DNA of 64,000 nucleotides from Candidatus Obscuribacterales bacterium (GTDB lineage Bacteria; Cyanobacteriota; Vampirovibrionia; Obscuribacterales; Obscuribacteraceae): NCBI GenBank assembly GCA_020634035.1, contig JACKCM010000007.1, positions 42,508 to 106,507 of the forward strand, read 5' to 3'. Shown piece by piece: positions 40,207 to 49,880 of this stretch (position 1 is its first letter; each line of letters starts with the position of its first letter). The notes under the pieces were generated by a model. It saw only the letters and a program-made list of their open reading frames with translations, ran no database searches and was not told where the DNA came from. The position numbers and the translations under genes were made by a program.

Positions 40207-42378
40207 ATGTCCGACCGCTCTGACAAACCTAAGCCAAAAGAAGTCTCTGCCGAATCCCGGACTGAGCGCGATGCCTCCCGAGCTGGTAGCGACCAGGCTC
40301 ACGCCGACATGCCTGAGCACATGGAAAAATCTCAGAAAGAGAAGGGCGCCTACGAGCAAGCGGGACTAGTCCCGGAATCTCGCGGACCCACTACCGACAA
40401 CTTCGGGCGCCTGGAACTGTCCGAGGTCAAAGACGGCGAGAAAGTCATCTACGTGGCGGAAGCCCCCGGCCGTAACAGCCTCAAAGACAGGCCGGACCCC
40501 GGCACAGCCGCAGCCAACGCCGACAAAGCTGACCCTTATCCCTCATACACGCGCGGTCTTGAAGCCGCCAGGCAGAGCGCGAAGACTCCGGAGGAAGCGG
40601 CGAAGGCAGAGATTGACTTCAACCAGAGCTACATAGAGCGCAAGCTGCGGGCTTCGGGTAAAGACCCTGCCGAGTTGCTGCAGGAGCATATGAAGAGTCA
40701 GGAGCCAGATCAGGATGATCCTGCTCATGGTGGGACATTCAAAGTCCCCCAAAATGTCGCCGAGAAGCACGACGATGGCTCTGTGCTTTTAAAAATCAAT
40801 GTCTCTGACAATGTTCAAGCGGAGGACCGCCCCCCGTTGACCAACAGCCCCGATGGTTGGCTGGAAGCCGGTCGAAGAATAGCCGAGCTGCCGCTCGACA
40901 AACAGTTGCAGATTATAGGCTCTGGTCTTGCCGCCGGTATCAATCAATACCAGCATGAGGAGAACCAACGCAACTGGGGGCGCGTCATTGGCACCGTCCA
41001 GGGTATTGGCGAGGTATCTGTCAATCTCGCCAAAATCGCCGACTTCAGCGCCGCGCTTATTCTGAACGACCATGATCGTGCCGGCAAGATGGGGGCGGAG
41101 TTTGGGCAATCGCTGGGTGAAACCATTGTCGGTGGCGTCAAGCTTTTCAACGCCGCCGATCAGTATCTGTTCAATATCGGATTCACCGGGGATTACGGCA
41201 AACCTTTTCGTGATGTGGTCCAGCTCGGCAGTGCCATGAACGAGAAGTGGGCGGCTTTGCCTCCTGGTGAGCAGGAGCGCATTAAGTTCAAGCTCTTGAC
41301 GGAGCTTGGTGCCGACACGCTGATTGGGGGCGGTGGGCTGCACTCTGCCGGTAAGGCTGGCAAGCTGACAGAGTTTCTTGATGATGTCGCCGGGGAGATG
41401 GCGAAGCAAGGGAAGAAAGTTTTCGACGGGGCGAAGAAGCGCGCCAGGGTCGTGAGGGATGCCGTCGAGGATTATATGCTGCCCGATGCGGTGACTCCAG
41501 ATGGGATGAGGATTAAGATAAAGCCGGCTAGAGAGGCGCCGGACAATGCTGTTTACTCCCAGGCGCATAATCCGGGTGGTTCTGACTTGCCCAATCCGGG
41601 TAATCCACCAGAGCGTGCTTCAGGGCAACTGTCCGGGCGACCAGAGGAGCCCTCGCCGGTGCGAACGGGCGGAGGTCCATCGGATCACCCACCGGAGAGC
41701 CCATCGCACAAGCCACCCCAGCGTGGCTCTCACCATGACTCACCCAACGAACCAGAGCGTCCTGCGGACAAACCTGACCACCGGGAATCTGAGGACGATA
41801 TCTTCAAACCACGAGATATGCATCAAGAGATTATGGATGCTATTGAAGTTTTAGATGAACCCTTGAAAGAGTTTATTGAAAAGTACAAGGTTAAGATTGA
41901 AATCATAGAAAAAATGGAAGATGCATTTCCCGGTGATGTGGAAAAAATGAAATATTTGGGGTCTTATGATTGGGGGCGAAATACTATCTTTGTTCCAAAA
42001 ACAGTGTGGCATAGAGGCGAGTATATAAATAACTTCGATTTAGATTTTGCTATTCGTCATGAGGTAGGCCACGCCGTTAACGCCAAATCACTGGAGAAGC
42101 CAAATCGTTTCTACTCGTCGCCGGTTCGAATAACTGACAAGGATTCATTTTTTATGGAGGCCTTCGCCAAAGATATTCCAAACGTTCCGTCCGATGTTTT
42201 GCGGACCCTCGGATTCGACATTCAAACAGAGAAGGGTCTTGCATTCGCTCGAGACGAAGTTTTTGCAGACACTTTTGCACATGCTACTGGTTTCCCTACA
42301 AAGAATCTTCGTTCGCAGCTAATGAGGAAGTATTTCGTCAACACATTCAAACATATGGAGGGACTTCACGGTGTCTAA
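40207..42378 (+). CDS. polymorphic-toxin-like protein (723 aa) with C-terminal HExxH zincin-like domain (RHEVGH)
   Basis: N-terminal leader SRTERDASR and PEHMEKS. HEVGH lies at nt 42058-42072 with a downstream Glu (MEAFAKD); the RHEVG context is shared with the 822- and 865-aa proteins. Confidence 0.6.
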   Translation: MSDRSDKPKPKEVSAESRTERDASRAGSDQAHADMPEHMEKSQKEKGAYEQAGLVPESRGPTTDNFGRLELSEVKDGEKVIYVAEAPGRNSLKDRPDPGTAAANADKADPYPSYTRGLEAARQSAKTPEEAAKAEIDFNQSYIERKLRASGKDPAELLQEHMKSQEPDQDDPAHGGTFKVPQNVAEKHDDGSVLLKINVSDNVQAEDRPPLTNSPDGWLEAGRRIAELPLDKQLQIIGSGLAAGINQYQHEENQRNWGRVIGTVQGIGEVSVNLAKIADFSAALILNDHDRAGKMGAEFGQSLGETIVGGVKLFNAADQYLFNIGFTGDYGKPFRDVVQLGSAMNEKWAALPPGEQERIKFKLLTELGADTLIGGGGLHSAGKAGKLTEFLDDVAGEMAKQGKKVFDGAKKRARVVRDAVEDYMLPDAVTPDGMRIKIKPAREAPDNAVYSQAHNPGGSDLPNPGNPPERASGQLSGRPEEPSPVRTGGGPSDHPPESPSHKPPQRGSHHDSPNEPERPADKPDHRESEDDIFKPRDMHQEIMDAIEVLDEPLKEFIEKYKVKIEIIEKMEDAFPGDVEKMKYLGSYDWGRNTIFVPKTVWHRGEYINNFDLDFAIRHEVGHAVNAKSLEKPNRFYSSPVRITDKDSFFMEAFAKDIPNVPSDVLRTLGFDIQTEKGLAFARDEVFADTFAHATGFPTKNLRSQLMRKYFVNTFKHMEGLHGV

Positions 42379-42730
42379 GAAGTCTGAAGACAAAGAAAAG
42401 AATGCAGGGGATAAGATGATAGATTATCTGACTCGCGGTGTCTCAGATGAAGACCGTGAGCCTCGCGAAGGTGAAGTGGATTTGATTGAGGGTTACAGCA
42501 GAGAGATTGCCTTTATCGGCGAAGACGGAACAATCTGTATAAACTACGTCGGTCAAAAAGATTATGTCTCTGGAGGAGGTTGGGAGCAGTTTTCGCCGGA
42601 CGATCCACAATATGGCGAGTATTGTGCAAAGTACGGATTGGAGAAACCTGGAGACAGCAAGTGTATCTTAAGGCGCCTTGTCGACGGAGAGTGGGTTGAG
42701 ATTGATGATAAGCAAGATCAGGCAAATTGA
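42371..42730 (+). CDS. putative cognate immunity protein (119 aa)
   Basis: A GTG start overlaps the toxin stop by 8 bp (GTGTCTAA); small acidic protein. Confidence 0.45.
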   Translation: MSKKSEDKEKNAGDKMIDYLTRGVSDEDREPREGEVDLIEGYSREIAFIGEDGTICINYVGQKDYVSGGGWEQFSPDDPQYGEYCAKYGLEKPGDSKCILRRLVDGEWVEIDDKQDQAN

Positions 42731-42854
42731 AAGTCTGTTTCAAGAGAATAATGAGATTTGCTCAGCATGCGGTTAAAGTTTTTGACTTCGAAGTTTAAGC
42801 TTTTGTCTAACCCAAATGAAGAACAAAACTGTGAAGAGAAGAATGCCTGATGAA

Positions 42855-42907
42855 GATATATCGGAGCCGAAGGCGATCTATCCTCGTCTTATTGGGGGCG
42901 AGCGCAA
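42855..42907. repeat. ~53-bp degenerate fragment of the pRiA4b-ORF3-like gene
   Basis: gatatatcggagccgaaggcgatctatcctcgtcttattgggggcgagcgcaa matches 39893-39951 with a 6-bp deletion. Confidence 0.65.
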
Positions 42908-42946
42908 TGGAATAGATGATGTATAGAAGATCGCCAAAATCGCCTA

Positions 42947-42985
42947 CCCCAAAAACAAGAGCGGGATCCAACTGAATCCCGCTCT
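42947..42985 (-). terminator. rho-independent terminator for fic (minus strand)
   Basis: 10-bp perfect stem AGAGCGGGAT / ATCCCGCTCT with an 8-nt loop, followed on the minus strand by TGTTTTT. Confidence 0.6.
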
Positions 42986-43140
42986 AAATAAGCCTTGGTC
43001 GGTGAGCGACTCGAACTCCTAACCCCTTCGGTGTAAACGGACAAAGAACTGGCGAGATGACAGAAAACGGCTCTGGCTAAGCGAAACGAGCGAATAGAAG
43101 TAGCAAGGAGCGAACGAAGTGCCTAAACTGGATCACCAGC

Positions 43141-44760
43141 TCATTTTGCTTCAGGGTTGCCTTCAATTGATTTCTGAACAAGTTCTGCAAGAAACTTGGC
43201 AAATGGTGCGATGTCGTGTTTAGTGCTGGCTGTCTCGAGCGAACTCAGGTAATCAGCTCGACGTTCGACTGGTATGACGGTCCAAGGATAACCTCCGGAT
43301 CCCAACATCAGATTCATCATGAATCGACCAGTTCGGCCATTTCCGTCCATGTACGGATGAATATAGACAAACACAAAATGTCCTAAGACAGCTCTAACTT
43401 CAGGTTCTGGTTCATCTTGCAATAGCTCAAAGAACGTCGGCATCATGTCTCGTACTGCCTCCACATTTGGTGGCACGTGAATGGAATGCCTTATGTAAAC
43501 TTGTCCGCTTCTGTAGCCGGCAAGATCTGCTGGACGCAATATACCTGCCGTCACACTGGGACCGAAGAGTTCTCTAAACCAATCGCCGTGTTCTTCGTCA
43601 GCAACAAGTCCAGCATTCTCTCCCGCAAGCACTCGTTTTAGGCTTTGTCTTACTGCCTGATATGCTTGCCAGTAACCACGAGCCGCGAGTGCATCGCGAT
43701 GTTCGCGATCCTTCTCATCAGCATCCGGATTCCAAGATCCCAGTCGTACCTTTTCGATTAGCTCGCGGCTAACTCGGTACCCTTCAATCGACAGTGAGTG
43801 ATATGCGTCCGTAACGTATATTTCTTGTACCTGCTCAAGATAATTGTCTATGTTCTGCGGCAATCCGGGCGGTTTTGGAAATGTCTCCAAGATTGGTACC
43901 CTCATGTCGTTCCAAATCAATTTAACTCGGTTGACATAAGGAGATCTGTCGGTCCTGCCAAATGTGATCGACGGTGTGTTGACAAACGGATTCTCCTCTC
44001 TGCAATCGAAATCAGCACCTTTCATCGTCTTCAAAATATCGTCGGCGATTCGGTCTCTACCGATATTGCGAAAACCTCCTGCCAGGCGTCCAGCGATGAT
44101 AGTGTGTCCGCCTTCTAGAAGAAGCGGCAAGATTTCTGATGCATCGGAAATCATTGCCAGGGCAGCTCGCGCATCAGTCGAATTGTTTCTGAAATAGTTT
44201 GGTGAACAACTAATCAATGCCGATGGTAAACGAATCAGATTGAGCTGCTCCACCTGTTCGATATCAGCTTTAGGTGGAAGTGCTCCATTGAAATCGAGAA
44301 TTGAAGTGTTTTGCGGAAGACGAGTTATGTTGTTACTTCCTGCACTGCTGCGAACAATCAGTTGTTGAGGAACCGTTCGATTTCCAACGTGCAGATTTAA
44401 GGACTGCTCCGGCGACAAGCACCAATCATACCCAAAACGAACAGTCAAATAGTCAGCGCAAAAAGACCAGAAGGATGCATACCAAGCCGTACTCTCACCT
44501 GCGAGCAGATCAGGACGTGCAGGGATATACCAACCCTTCATCACTTCGGTAAGAAAACCGTTCTTCACCAGGCGTTCGCGATGAATCCTGGTCAGATCGC
44601 TACTTCTAATCGCGATCTTGCCTGCGTCTTGGAGATGCTGGAGCTTCTCTAGGGACTGGGCTAACTTTTCGGCGGGGGAAACCATATTGCTTAGCTCCTG
44701 GTGGACGATTGCTAGTTTATTGAGCCGGGTGCCTACTAGTTTATTCTGCTGTGCACCCAC
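43141..44760 (-). CDS. Fic/DOC family protein (AMPylase-type)
   Basis: Fic motif HPYMDGNGRTGR in the C-terminal half; 539 aa with a long N-terminal extension. Confidence 0.85.
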   Translation of the reverse strand: MGAQQNKLVGTRLNKLAIVHQELSNMVSPAEKLAQSLEKLQHLQDAGKIAIRSSDLTRIHRERLVKNGFLTEVMKGWYIPARPDLLAGESTAWYASFWSFCADYLTVRFGYDWCLSPEQSLNLHVGNRTVPQQLIVRSSAGSNNITRLPQNTSILDFNGALPPKADIEQVEQLNLIRLPSALISCSPNYFRNNSTDARAALAMISDASEILPLLLEGGHTIIAGRLAGGFRNIGRDRIADDILKTMKGADFDCREENPFVNTPSITFGRTDRSPYVNRVKLIWNDMRVPILETFPKPPGLPQNIDNYLEQVQEIYVTDAYHSLSIEGYRVSRELIEKVRLGSWNPDADEKDREHRDALAARGYWQAYQAVRQSLKRVLAGENAGLVADEEHGDWFRELFGPSVTAGILRPADLAGYRSGQVYIRHSIHVPPNVEAVRDMMPTFFELLQDEPEPEVRAVLGHFVFVYIHPYMDGNGRTGRFMMNLMLGSGGYPWTVIPVERRADYLSSLETASTKHDIAPFAKFLAELVQKSIEGNPEAK

Positions 44761-45092
44761 TAGTTTATCATGCTGTGTCGTGATTAGTTTATTGCGTCGG
44801 TCTATTCTGGTAGATTCGACAAAATCAGCACAGAGCTTACTTGAACGGTGGATTATAATTTCGAGCAGCCGCCTGCATTTTCTGGAGAAATTGGTTAATC
44901 TTTACGAGCAGGAGTATTGGTCAAAATTCCAGATTCCAATAGAGAAGCAGGACTTCATCCCGGATTCTGCCGATGAGCCGTTCACGAAGTGGTATTTTGG
45001 TACCGTCAGATCAAAGCCTGCATGGCAGTCCGAAGAGAACGAGGAGCATGACCAAGACGAATGAATTCTCATCGGTAAGGAGATCCGGATAG

Positions 45093-46454
45093 TTGGCTAA
45101 GGACAAGCACAAGAATCTTGTTAAGTTGGGAGCAGACACTCTCGCCACTGCGTTGCTGGATCTAGCCAACTACAGCGACGATGCTGATGCCGTAGTCGAG
45201 CGTTTGCTGGCCAGCCCAAAGGAGACCGCCAAGAGTTTCAAGAAGAGGCTGTCGAGCTTCAAGCGTCGACGCCACTTCATCTCGTGGGGCGAGTCCGGAG
45301 CGTATGCACGTGAACTGGCTGACTTGCTTAAAGCACTGGAAGCCTCCGAGTCCGATCCAAAAGCTGGCGTCGAATCCGTTGCTGCGTTCTTCGAGGCAGA
45401 CGCCAAAATTTTTGACATGTGCGATGATTCAAGTGGAAACGTTGGAGATGTTTTCAGATTCGATGCTGCAGATTTATTTGTCTCGTTTGCTTCCTGCTGC
45501 GAAGATAAAGAGTGGCTCTTAGAGCTTGTTCTCGCTCTCAATCGAGATAACGGTTACGGCGTTCGTGATGTGCTGTTCGAGAAGATGTCGCATTTTCTGC
45601 CTGAAGAGCTCATCCGCCAAGCGGTTGATCGACTGTGGGATCTGGCACACTCTCAAACGGAGAAGTATGAGGGTAAACATTGGCTTCATGCAATCGATGA
45701 ATTGTCTAAGCAATTGAAGGACCCGCAGCTTTTGGAAAAGGTAAAACGCGCGGAATCCGATGGCGAGCTTTCGACTGCTTCAATCATTGATATTGCCAAA
45801 CTGCACTTCGAGTGCGGGGATTTGGCTACTGCGCTTACGTGGATTAAGCGCGTTCCATTGGATAAATCCTTTATGGCCCATGAGCGCGACAATCTCCTGA
45901 TCGCCATCTACCAGGGACAAAACAACCAGAAGAAACTAATCGAAACCGCATGGCGAGTGTTTCGACGAGATCGCAGCGTGGACTCACTCGAGCTTTTATT
46001 AAGAGCCGTTGGTGAAGACAAACGCGCTAGCATCGTGGAAGAGGAAGCAAAATCAATCTTAAAAGCTGGCGAATTTGATTCAAGTGATGCGGGCTTTCTT
46101 ATCGAAATAGGTCATGTTGATGATGCGGAAACGTATATCATCGCGCATGCAAATCAGCTAAACGGTGATTTCTATTCTAGCCTTTTGGAACTTGCGAAGG
46201 CAATGTTGAAGCATGACCGACTTGTCGCAGCTAGTGTTTTATACCGAGCTTTGCTCAATTCCATTTTGGCCAGGGCTAAGTCAAAGTACTATCACCACGG
46301 CATCAGTTACTTGAAGAAACTAGATTCACTCGCGCCAAAAGTACGCGAATGGAAAGAGCTTGATCCTCATTCCCTTTACCTACAGAATCTGCGTCAAAAA
46401 CATAAACTCAAGTCAAGCTTTTGGTCGCAGTACACTCCGCAGAAGCCGAGCTAA
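45093..46454 (+). CDS. hypothetical alpha-helical protein (453 aa)
   Basis: Long ORF, no family recognised. Confidence 0.45.
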   Translation: MAKDKHKNLVKLGADTLATALLDLANYSDDADAVVERLLASPKETAKSFKKRLSSFKRRRHFISWGESGAYARELADLLKALEASESDPKAGVESVAAFFEADAKIFDMCDDSSGNVGDVFRFDAADLFVSFASCCEDKEWLLELVLALNRDNGYGVRDVLFEKMSHFLPEELIRQAVDRLWDLAHSQTEKYEGKHWLHAIDELSKQLKDPQLLEKVKRAESDGELSTASIIDIAKLHFECGDLATALTWIKRVPLDKSFMAHERDNLLIAIYQGQNNQKKLIETAWRVFRRDRSVDSLELLLRAVGEDKRASIVEEEAKSILKAGEFDSSDAGFLIEIGHVDDAETYIIAHANQLNGDFYSSLLELAKAMLKHDRLVAASVLYRALLNSILARAKSKYYHHGISYLKKLDSLAPKVREWKELDPHSLYLQNLRQKHKLKSSFWSQYTPQKPS

Positions 46455-46460
46455 AGACTA

Positions 46461-46658
46461 ATGAGAATTTTATATGTTTATGATTTCGGCGATGATTGGG
46501 TTCATGAGGTTCTCATCGAAGAGATATCGGAGCCAGTGCCGAAGCAGACCTATCCTCGTCTTGTCGGGGGCGAGCGCAACTGTCCGCCAGAAGGCTGTGG
46601 CGGACCTCCTGGTTATGAGAATCTTTTGCGAATTCTAGCCAATCCATCGGACCCTTAA
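46461..46658 (+). pseudogene. truncated second copy of the pRiA4b-ORF3-like gene (C-terminal 65 codons only)
   Basis: About 93% nucleotide identity to 39846-40016; it lacks the N-terminal two thirds of the intact copy. Confidence 0.6.
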
Positions 46659-46890
46659 GTGCTTGCTGAGCATTGACCGGTTATACAGGGTAATTTGTTG
46701 ATGGTATCGTCGACAAATGTCAACTAAAGTCTTCTTCGGTAGTGGCAAAAATGCAGATAGGCCGCCTCACAGCCACCTTACAGCTGCCTTTGTCCTGGGC
46801 GGGAGTTTTAATTACATGAAGGGTATATGCCCTTGACGTTATATATCTTTGAGGGTATATTGGAGAATGTGAGGAGAACCGGAGTCTTGG

Positions 46891-47241
46891 ATGGATAAAC
46901 ATGCTCGACTGCAGCTCTTTTATGAGCGGCTACAAGCTGCACCTGCTGGGCACACGCACGACGAGAGTTACACGCTCTTATGTGAAACTCTTGTTGCTAT
47001 CGAAGATGAACATAGCGGAGTATCCAACAATCCGGACAGCTGGCAAACTGATGGCAGGCTGTATCCGCCTCGTCCCGATCGTTCGTATGCAGTTGATGGT
47101 TTCCCAAATGTGGTGCGCTATAGGAGCTTCGGGCATAATACGTACATTGCCAGTAATGGTGCCATCGAAGTAAAGCTAGTCGCCAGCAATGAAGTAGATT
47201 TTTCAAAACCTGGCGCAGATGGAAAGGGGGTCTGGGAATGA
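46891..47241 (+). CDS. hypothetical protein, first gene of a two-gene module
   Basis: 116-aa ORF whose stop overlaps the next gene's start by ATGA. Confidence 0.4.
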   Translation: MDKHARLQLFYERLQAAPAGHTHDESYTLLCETLVAIEDEHSGVSNNPDSWQTDGRLYPPRPDRSYAVDGFPNVVRYRSFGHNTYIASNGAIEVKLVASNEVDFSKPGADGKGVWE

Positions 47242-47792
47242 GTAAGACAAAGCCTACGCCTAAGCCTGTCAGCAAGGCTACTGTGATGAATGAACTCCGG
47301 CACTTGCAGCACTTCCTTACCAGAGCCTTTCCGACGGCACGAATCACTGTCGATGAACCCCTGGTTAAAGGTGGTGTTTGGTTGCTAGATCTTTTCTTGC
47401 CGGATTATCACCTTGCGATTGCTTGGAGAAAGGATAAAGGATTCGGTATTGTCTCAAACGATATGCATGGCTATGGTGAAGGAGCCGACGAAGTATACGA
47501 TACTCTTGAGGATGCGCTACCAAGAATCGTAGAACTTGTAGCCGGTCGTCAAACCACTGCTCCGCCAGAGGCTATAAAGCTCAGAGAAGTCCGTGAACAG
47601 CGTGGTCTTTCGCAAGAGGAAGTTGCTCGGCGACTTGGAAGCAGGCAGGCTTCTATTTCTCGCACTGAGGCGAGGTCGGATTTTCTGCTGTCAAGCTTGA
47701 AGAAGTACGCAGAAGCACTCGGCGCTAAGTTGGAAGTTAAGATGGTGTTCCCTGACAACGAGGTGGAACTCAAGTTTGATGAGGCGAAGTGA
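47238..47792 (+). CDS. XRE-family HTH protein (antitoxin/regulator-like)
   Basis: C-terminal HTH EQRGLSQEEVARRLGSRQASISRTEARSD; translationally coupled to the upstream ORF. Confidence 0.55.
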   Translation: MSKTKPTPKPVSKATVMNELRHLQHFLTRAFPTARITVDEPLVKGGVWLLDLFLPDYHLAIAWRKDKGFGIVSNDMHGYGEGADEVYDTLEDALPRIVELVAGRQTTAPPEAIKLREVREQRGLSQEEVARRLGSRQASISRTEARSDFLLSSLKKYAEALGAKLEVKMVFPDNEVELKFDEAK

Positions 47793-47828
47793 TGCTCACT
47801 TTAGCCGTATTGGCAGCGCGCGCTGGAT

Positions 47829-48815
47829 TCAGACCCGTCCATCAGGAAAGTCGCTGGACGCAAACTGATACCAGCAATCATCGGTGATGGCATGGAGCGC
47901 GTTTGCTCTGCCGGTAAACTTGAGGAAATCTTTGTGTTTTGGAAAGGCGAGAGTGCCACCGAGCACGACATCGCAGCTTCCATCATCCTGCAATTTCTGC
48001 ACCACCAGCCTCTCAAGATCCGGTTGATACCCGCCGTAGAGCATGACCAATTCTCTGTCTATCGCTATGCATCTGGCGCCGGCGACTTTGTTTTGCCAGT
48101 ATTTAATCTGGTGATTTCCATCGACTCGAGCGATAGGAAAGTCGCTATAGAAGCACGTCCACACTTCGTCCCGGTTTAGAGTCATGGCATAGCAGTCATC
48201 GATTGAATGCGGCGAATCTTCAAGAGGATATTGCCAGATGATTTTGCCCTCGGTATCAAAACAATTGAGACCGGCGTAGCCAATCGGGTCATCCCAGCCG
48301 TAGTTGCCGAACACCCCTTCGTCGAAGTAGCTGACCCAGATTCGTGAATCGGCGGTGGTGGCGATATCCTCGATGCCATCACCGAAGCAGAGCTCTTTTT
48401 GCAGAGAACCGTTGGCATCATATAGGCAAGCGTTCAGCTCTCCTTTTCCGTCGGCAAATTTGCAGCGACAGGAGACCACGATGAAGCCACCATCAGGCAG
48501 GACATCCACTCGAGGGTAGGCGCTTTTCATGGTGCTGATTTCTACCTCTTGCTCTATCCCGTTGCGAATGCGCAGCAACCATGCCTTGTAGGCTTCGTTT
48601 GATTTGGTCTCAGGAAAAGTCGCCCACCCAGGCTGCTCTAGCACAGGAAAGGCAACTTGCTCTTCACCTTCGCTTACGACCAGCAAAACCAGCGTGCCAT
48701 CATGGGCGACAGTTGCACTGATGATCTTGCGCTTCTGCAATAAGCCGCTCAACTCTACCTTCGGGATGAACTTCAGGCTAGTGGTGGAATCAGTACTATC
48801 AGAAATCGGCGTCAT
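47829..48815 (-). CDS. hypothetical protein (beta-rich, Trp/Tyr/Gly/Asp-rich)
   Basis: 328-aa ORF, no family recognised. Confidence 0.4.
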   Translation of the reverse strand: MTPISDSTDSTTSLKFIPKVELSGLLQKRKIISATVAHDGTLVLLVVSEGEEQVAFPVLEQPGWATFPETKSNEAYKAWLLRIRNGIEQEVEISTMKSAYPRVDVLPDGGFIVVSCRCKFADGKGELNACLYDANGSLQKELCFGDGIEDIATTADSRIWVSYFDEGVFGNYGWDDPIGYAGLNCFDTEGKIIWQYPLEDSPHSIDDCYAMTLNRDEVWTCFYSDFPIARVDGNHQIKYWQNKVAGARCIAIDRELVMLYGGYQPDLERLVVQKLQDDGSCDVVLGGTLAFPKHKDFLKFTGRANALHAITDDCWYQFASSDFPDGRV

Positions 48816-48875
48816 TAATCGCTATCCAAATCTCGGTCTTTATCTCTATCTCAGGTTCGGCCTCGAACTGCGGTA

Positions 48876-49358
48876 TCAACCGCGCACGGCGGTTTCAATG
48901 GCGGCGATGTCTATCTTCTTCATCTCCATCATCGCTTCGAAGGCGCGCTTGGCGGCACCGGTATCGGTGCCAAAGACCGCCTGGGTCAGAGCCACCGGCG
49001 AGATCTGCCAGTTTACGCCCCATTTGTCTTTGCACCAGCCGCAATCGTTCTCTTCGCCGCCATTGCTGACGATGGCGTTCCACAGGCGGTCGGTCTCTTC
49101 TTGATCGGCGGTCGCCACCTGAAACGAGAACGCTATGTTGTGCTCTATGCCCGGACCACCGTTGAGCCCGATGCAAGGAATGCCCATCACGGTGAAGTCG
49201 ACGGTTATGACGTCGCCTTCTTTGCCCGATGGATAGTCCGAGGGCGCCCGATGCACCGCGTCTACGGACGAATCAGGAAAGGTCTCGGCATAAAATCGCG
49301 CCGCTTCCTCAGCGTCGCCGTTGTACCACAGACAAATCATGTTTTTGGCTGGTTTCAT
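48876..49358 (-). CDS. PhnB-like VOC (glyoxalase-fold) family protein
   Basis: An N-terminus MICLWYNGDAEEAARFYAETF and its length are typical of the PhnB / 3-demethylubiquinone-9 methyltransferase-like family. Confidence 0.65.
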   Translation of the reverse strand: MKPAKNMICLWYNGDAEEAARFYAETFPDSSVDAVHRAPSDYPSGKEGDVITVDFTVMGIPCIGLNGGPGIEHNIAFSFQVATADQEETDRLWNAIVSNGGEENDCGWCKDKWGVNWQISPVALTQAVFGTDTGAAKRAFEAMMEMKKIDIAAIETAVRG

Positions 49359-49543
49359 CAGGTTCGTTCTCCGTGCTTCCGTGGGCGCGAGCAGTTCTCA
49401 AGCTTTGCTAGCCCTTGATACTTTCGCGTGGTCAAGGATACTACATTGGCTGACTTTATGGCAGAATATCAGCGGCAAGACCCGTATTGTCGAGGTTCAA
49501 TTAATAGGGCTTTTGGGCGCTGTAGCTTTCTGAGGGTTATCCT

Positions 49544-49876
49544 GTGGGCAAAGATGTGTGTGATGATCAGAAAGAAGTCTGTTTGCGATTTGGAGCTGAG
49601 TATCTAGAGTCGCCACCCAATCTAAAAGTTGGCATCGCAGAGAACGTCAAAACCGGTTTGCAGCCTATAAAAGGCTTGCGACAAGAGCCGGTCGGTGATA
49701 CCACCGGCTGGTACATTTTTGCCGGTGAAGAAGAATCGGAAGATGATGATTTCTACGTGCCTCTTCATGTTCACCACCTCAGTGAGTGGTGCCCTGCTGT
49801 CTTGAAGTATCTTGGCTTGCCACCAGGTTGGGGCTTTGTCATCGCTGACGGCTATGAGGATGTTTTTCGTATTTAG
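49544..49876 (+). CDS. small acidic protein, possibly an immunity-protein-like (DUF2185-like) orphan
   Basis: 110 aa; the GWYIF...PLHVHHLSEW...LPPGWGFV pattern is suggestive only. Confidence 0.3.
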   Translation: MGKDVCDDQKEVCLRFGAEYLESPPNLKVGIAENVKTGLQPIKGLRQEPVGDTTGWYIFAGEEESEDDDFYVPLHVHHLSEWCPAVLKYLGLPPGWGFVIADGYEDVFRI

Positions 49877-49880
49877 GTCG

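Noticed and set aside
42990-43050. Minus-strand sequence ...aggagttcgagtcgctcaccgacca resembling a tRNA T-arm/acceptor end (a possible att site)
   Set aside because: The putative T-stem halves are not complementary and no cloverleaf can be built; it is treated as chance resemblance within the small-repeat region.
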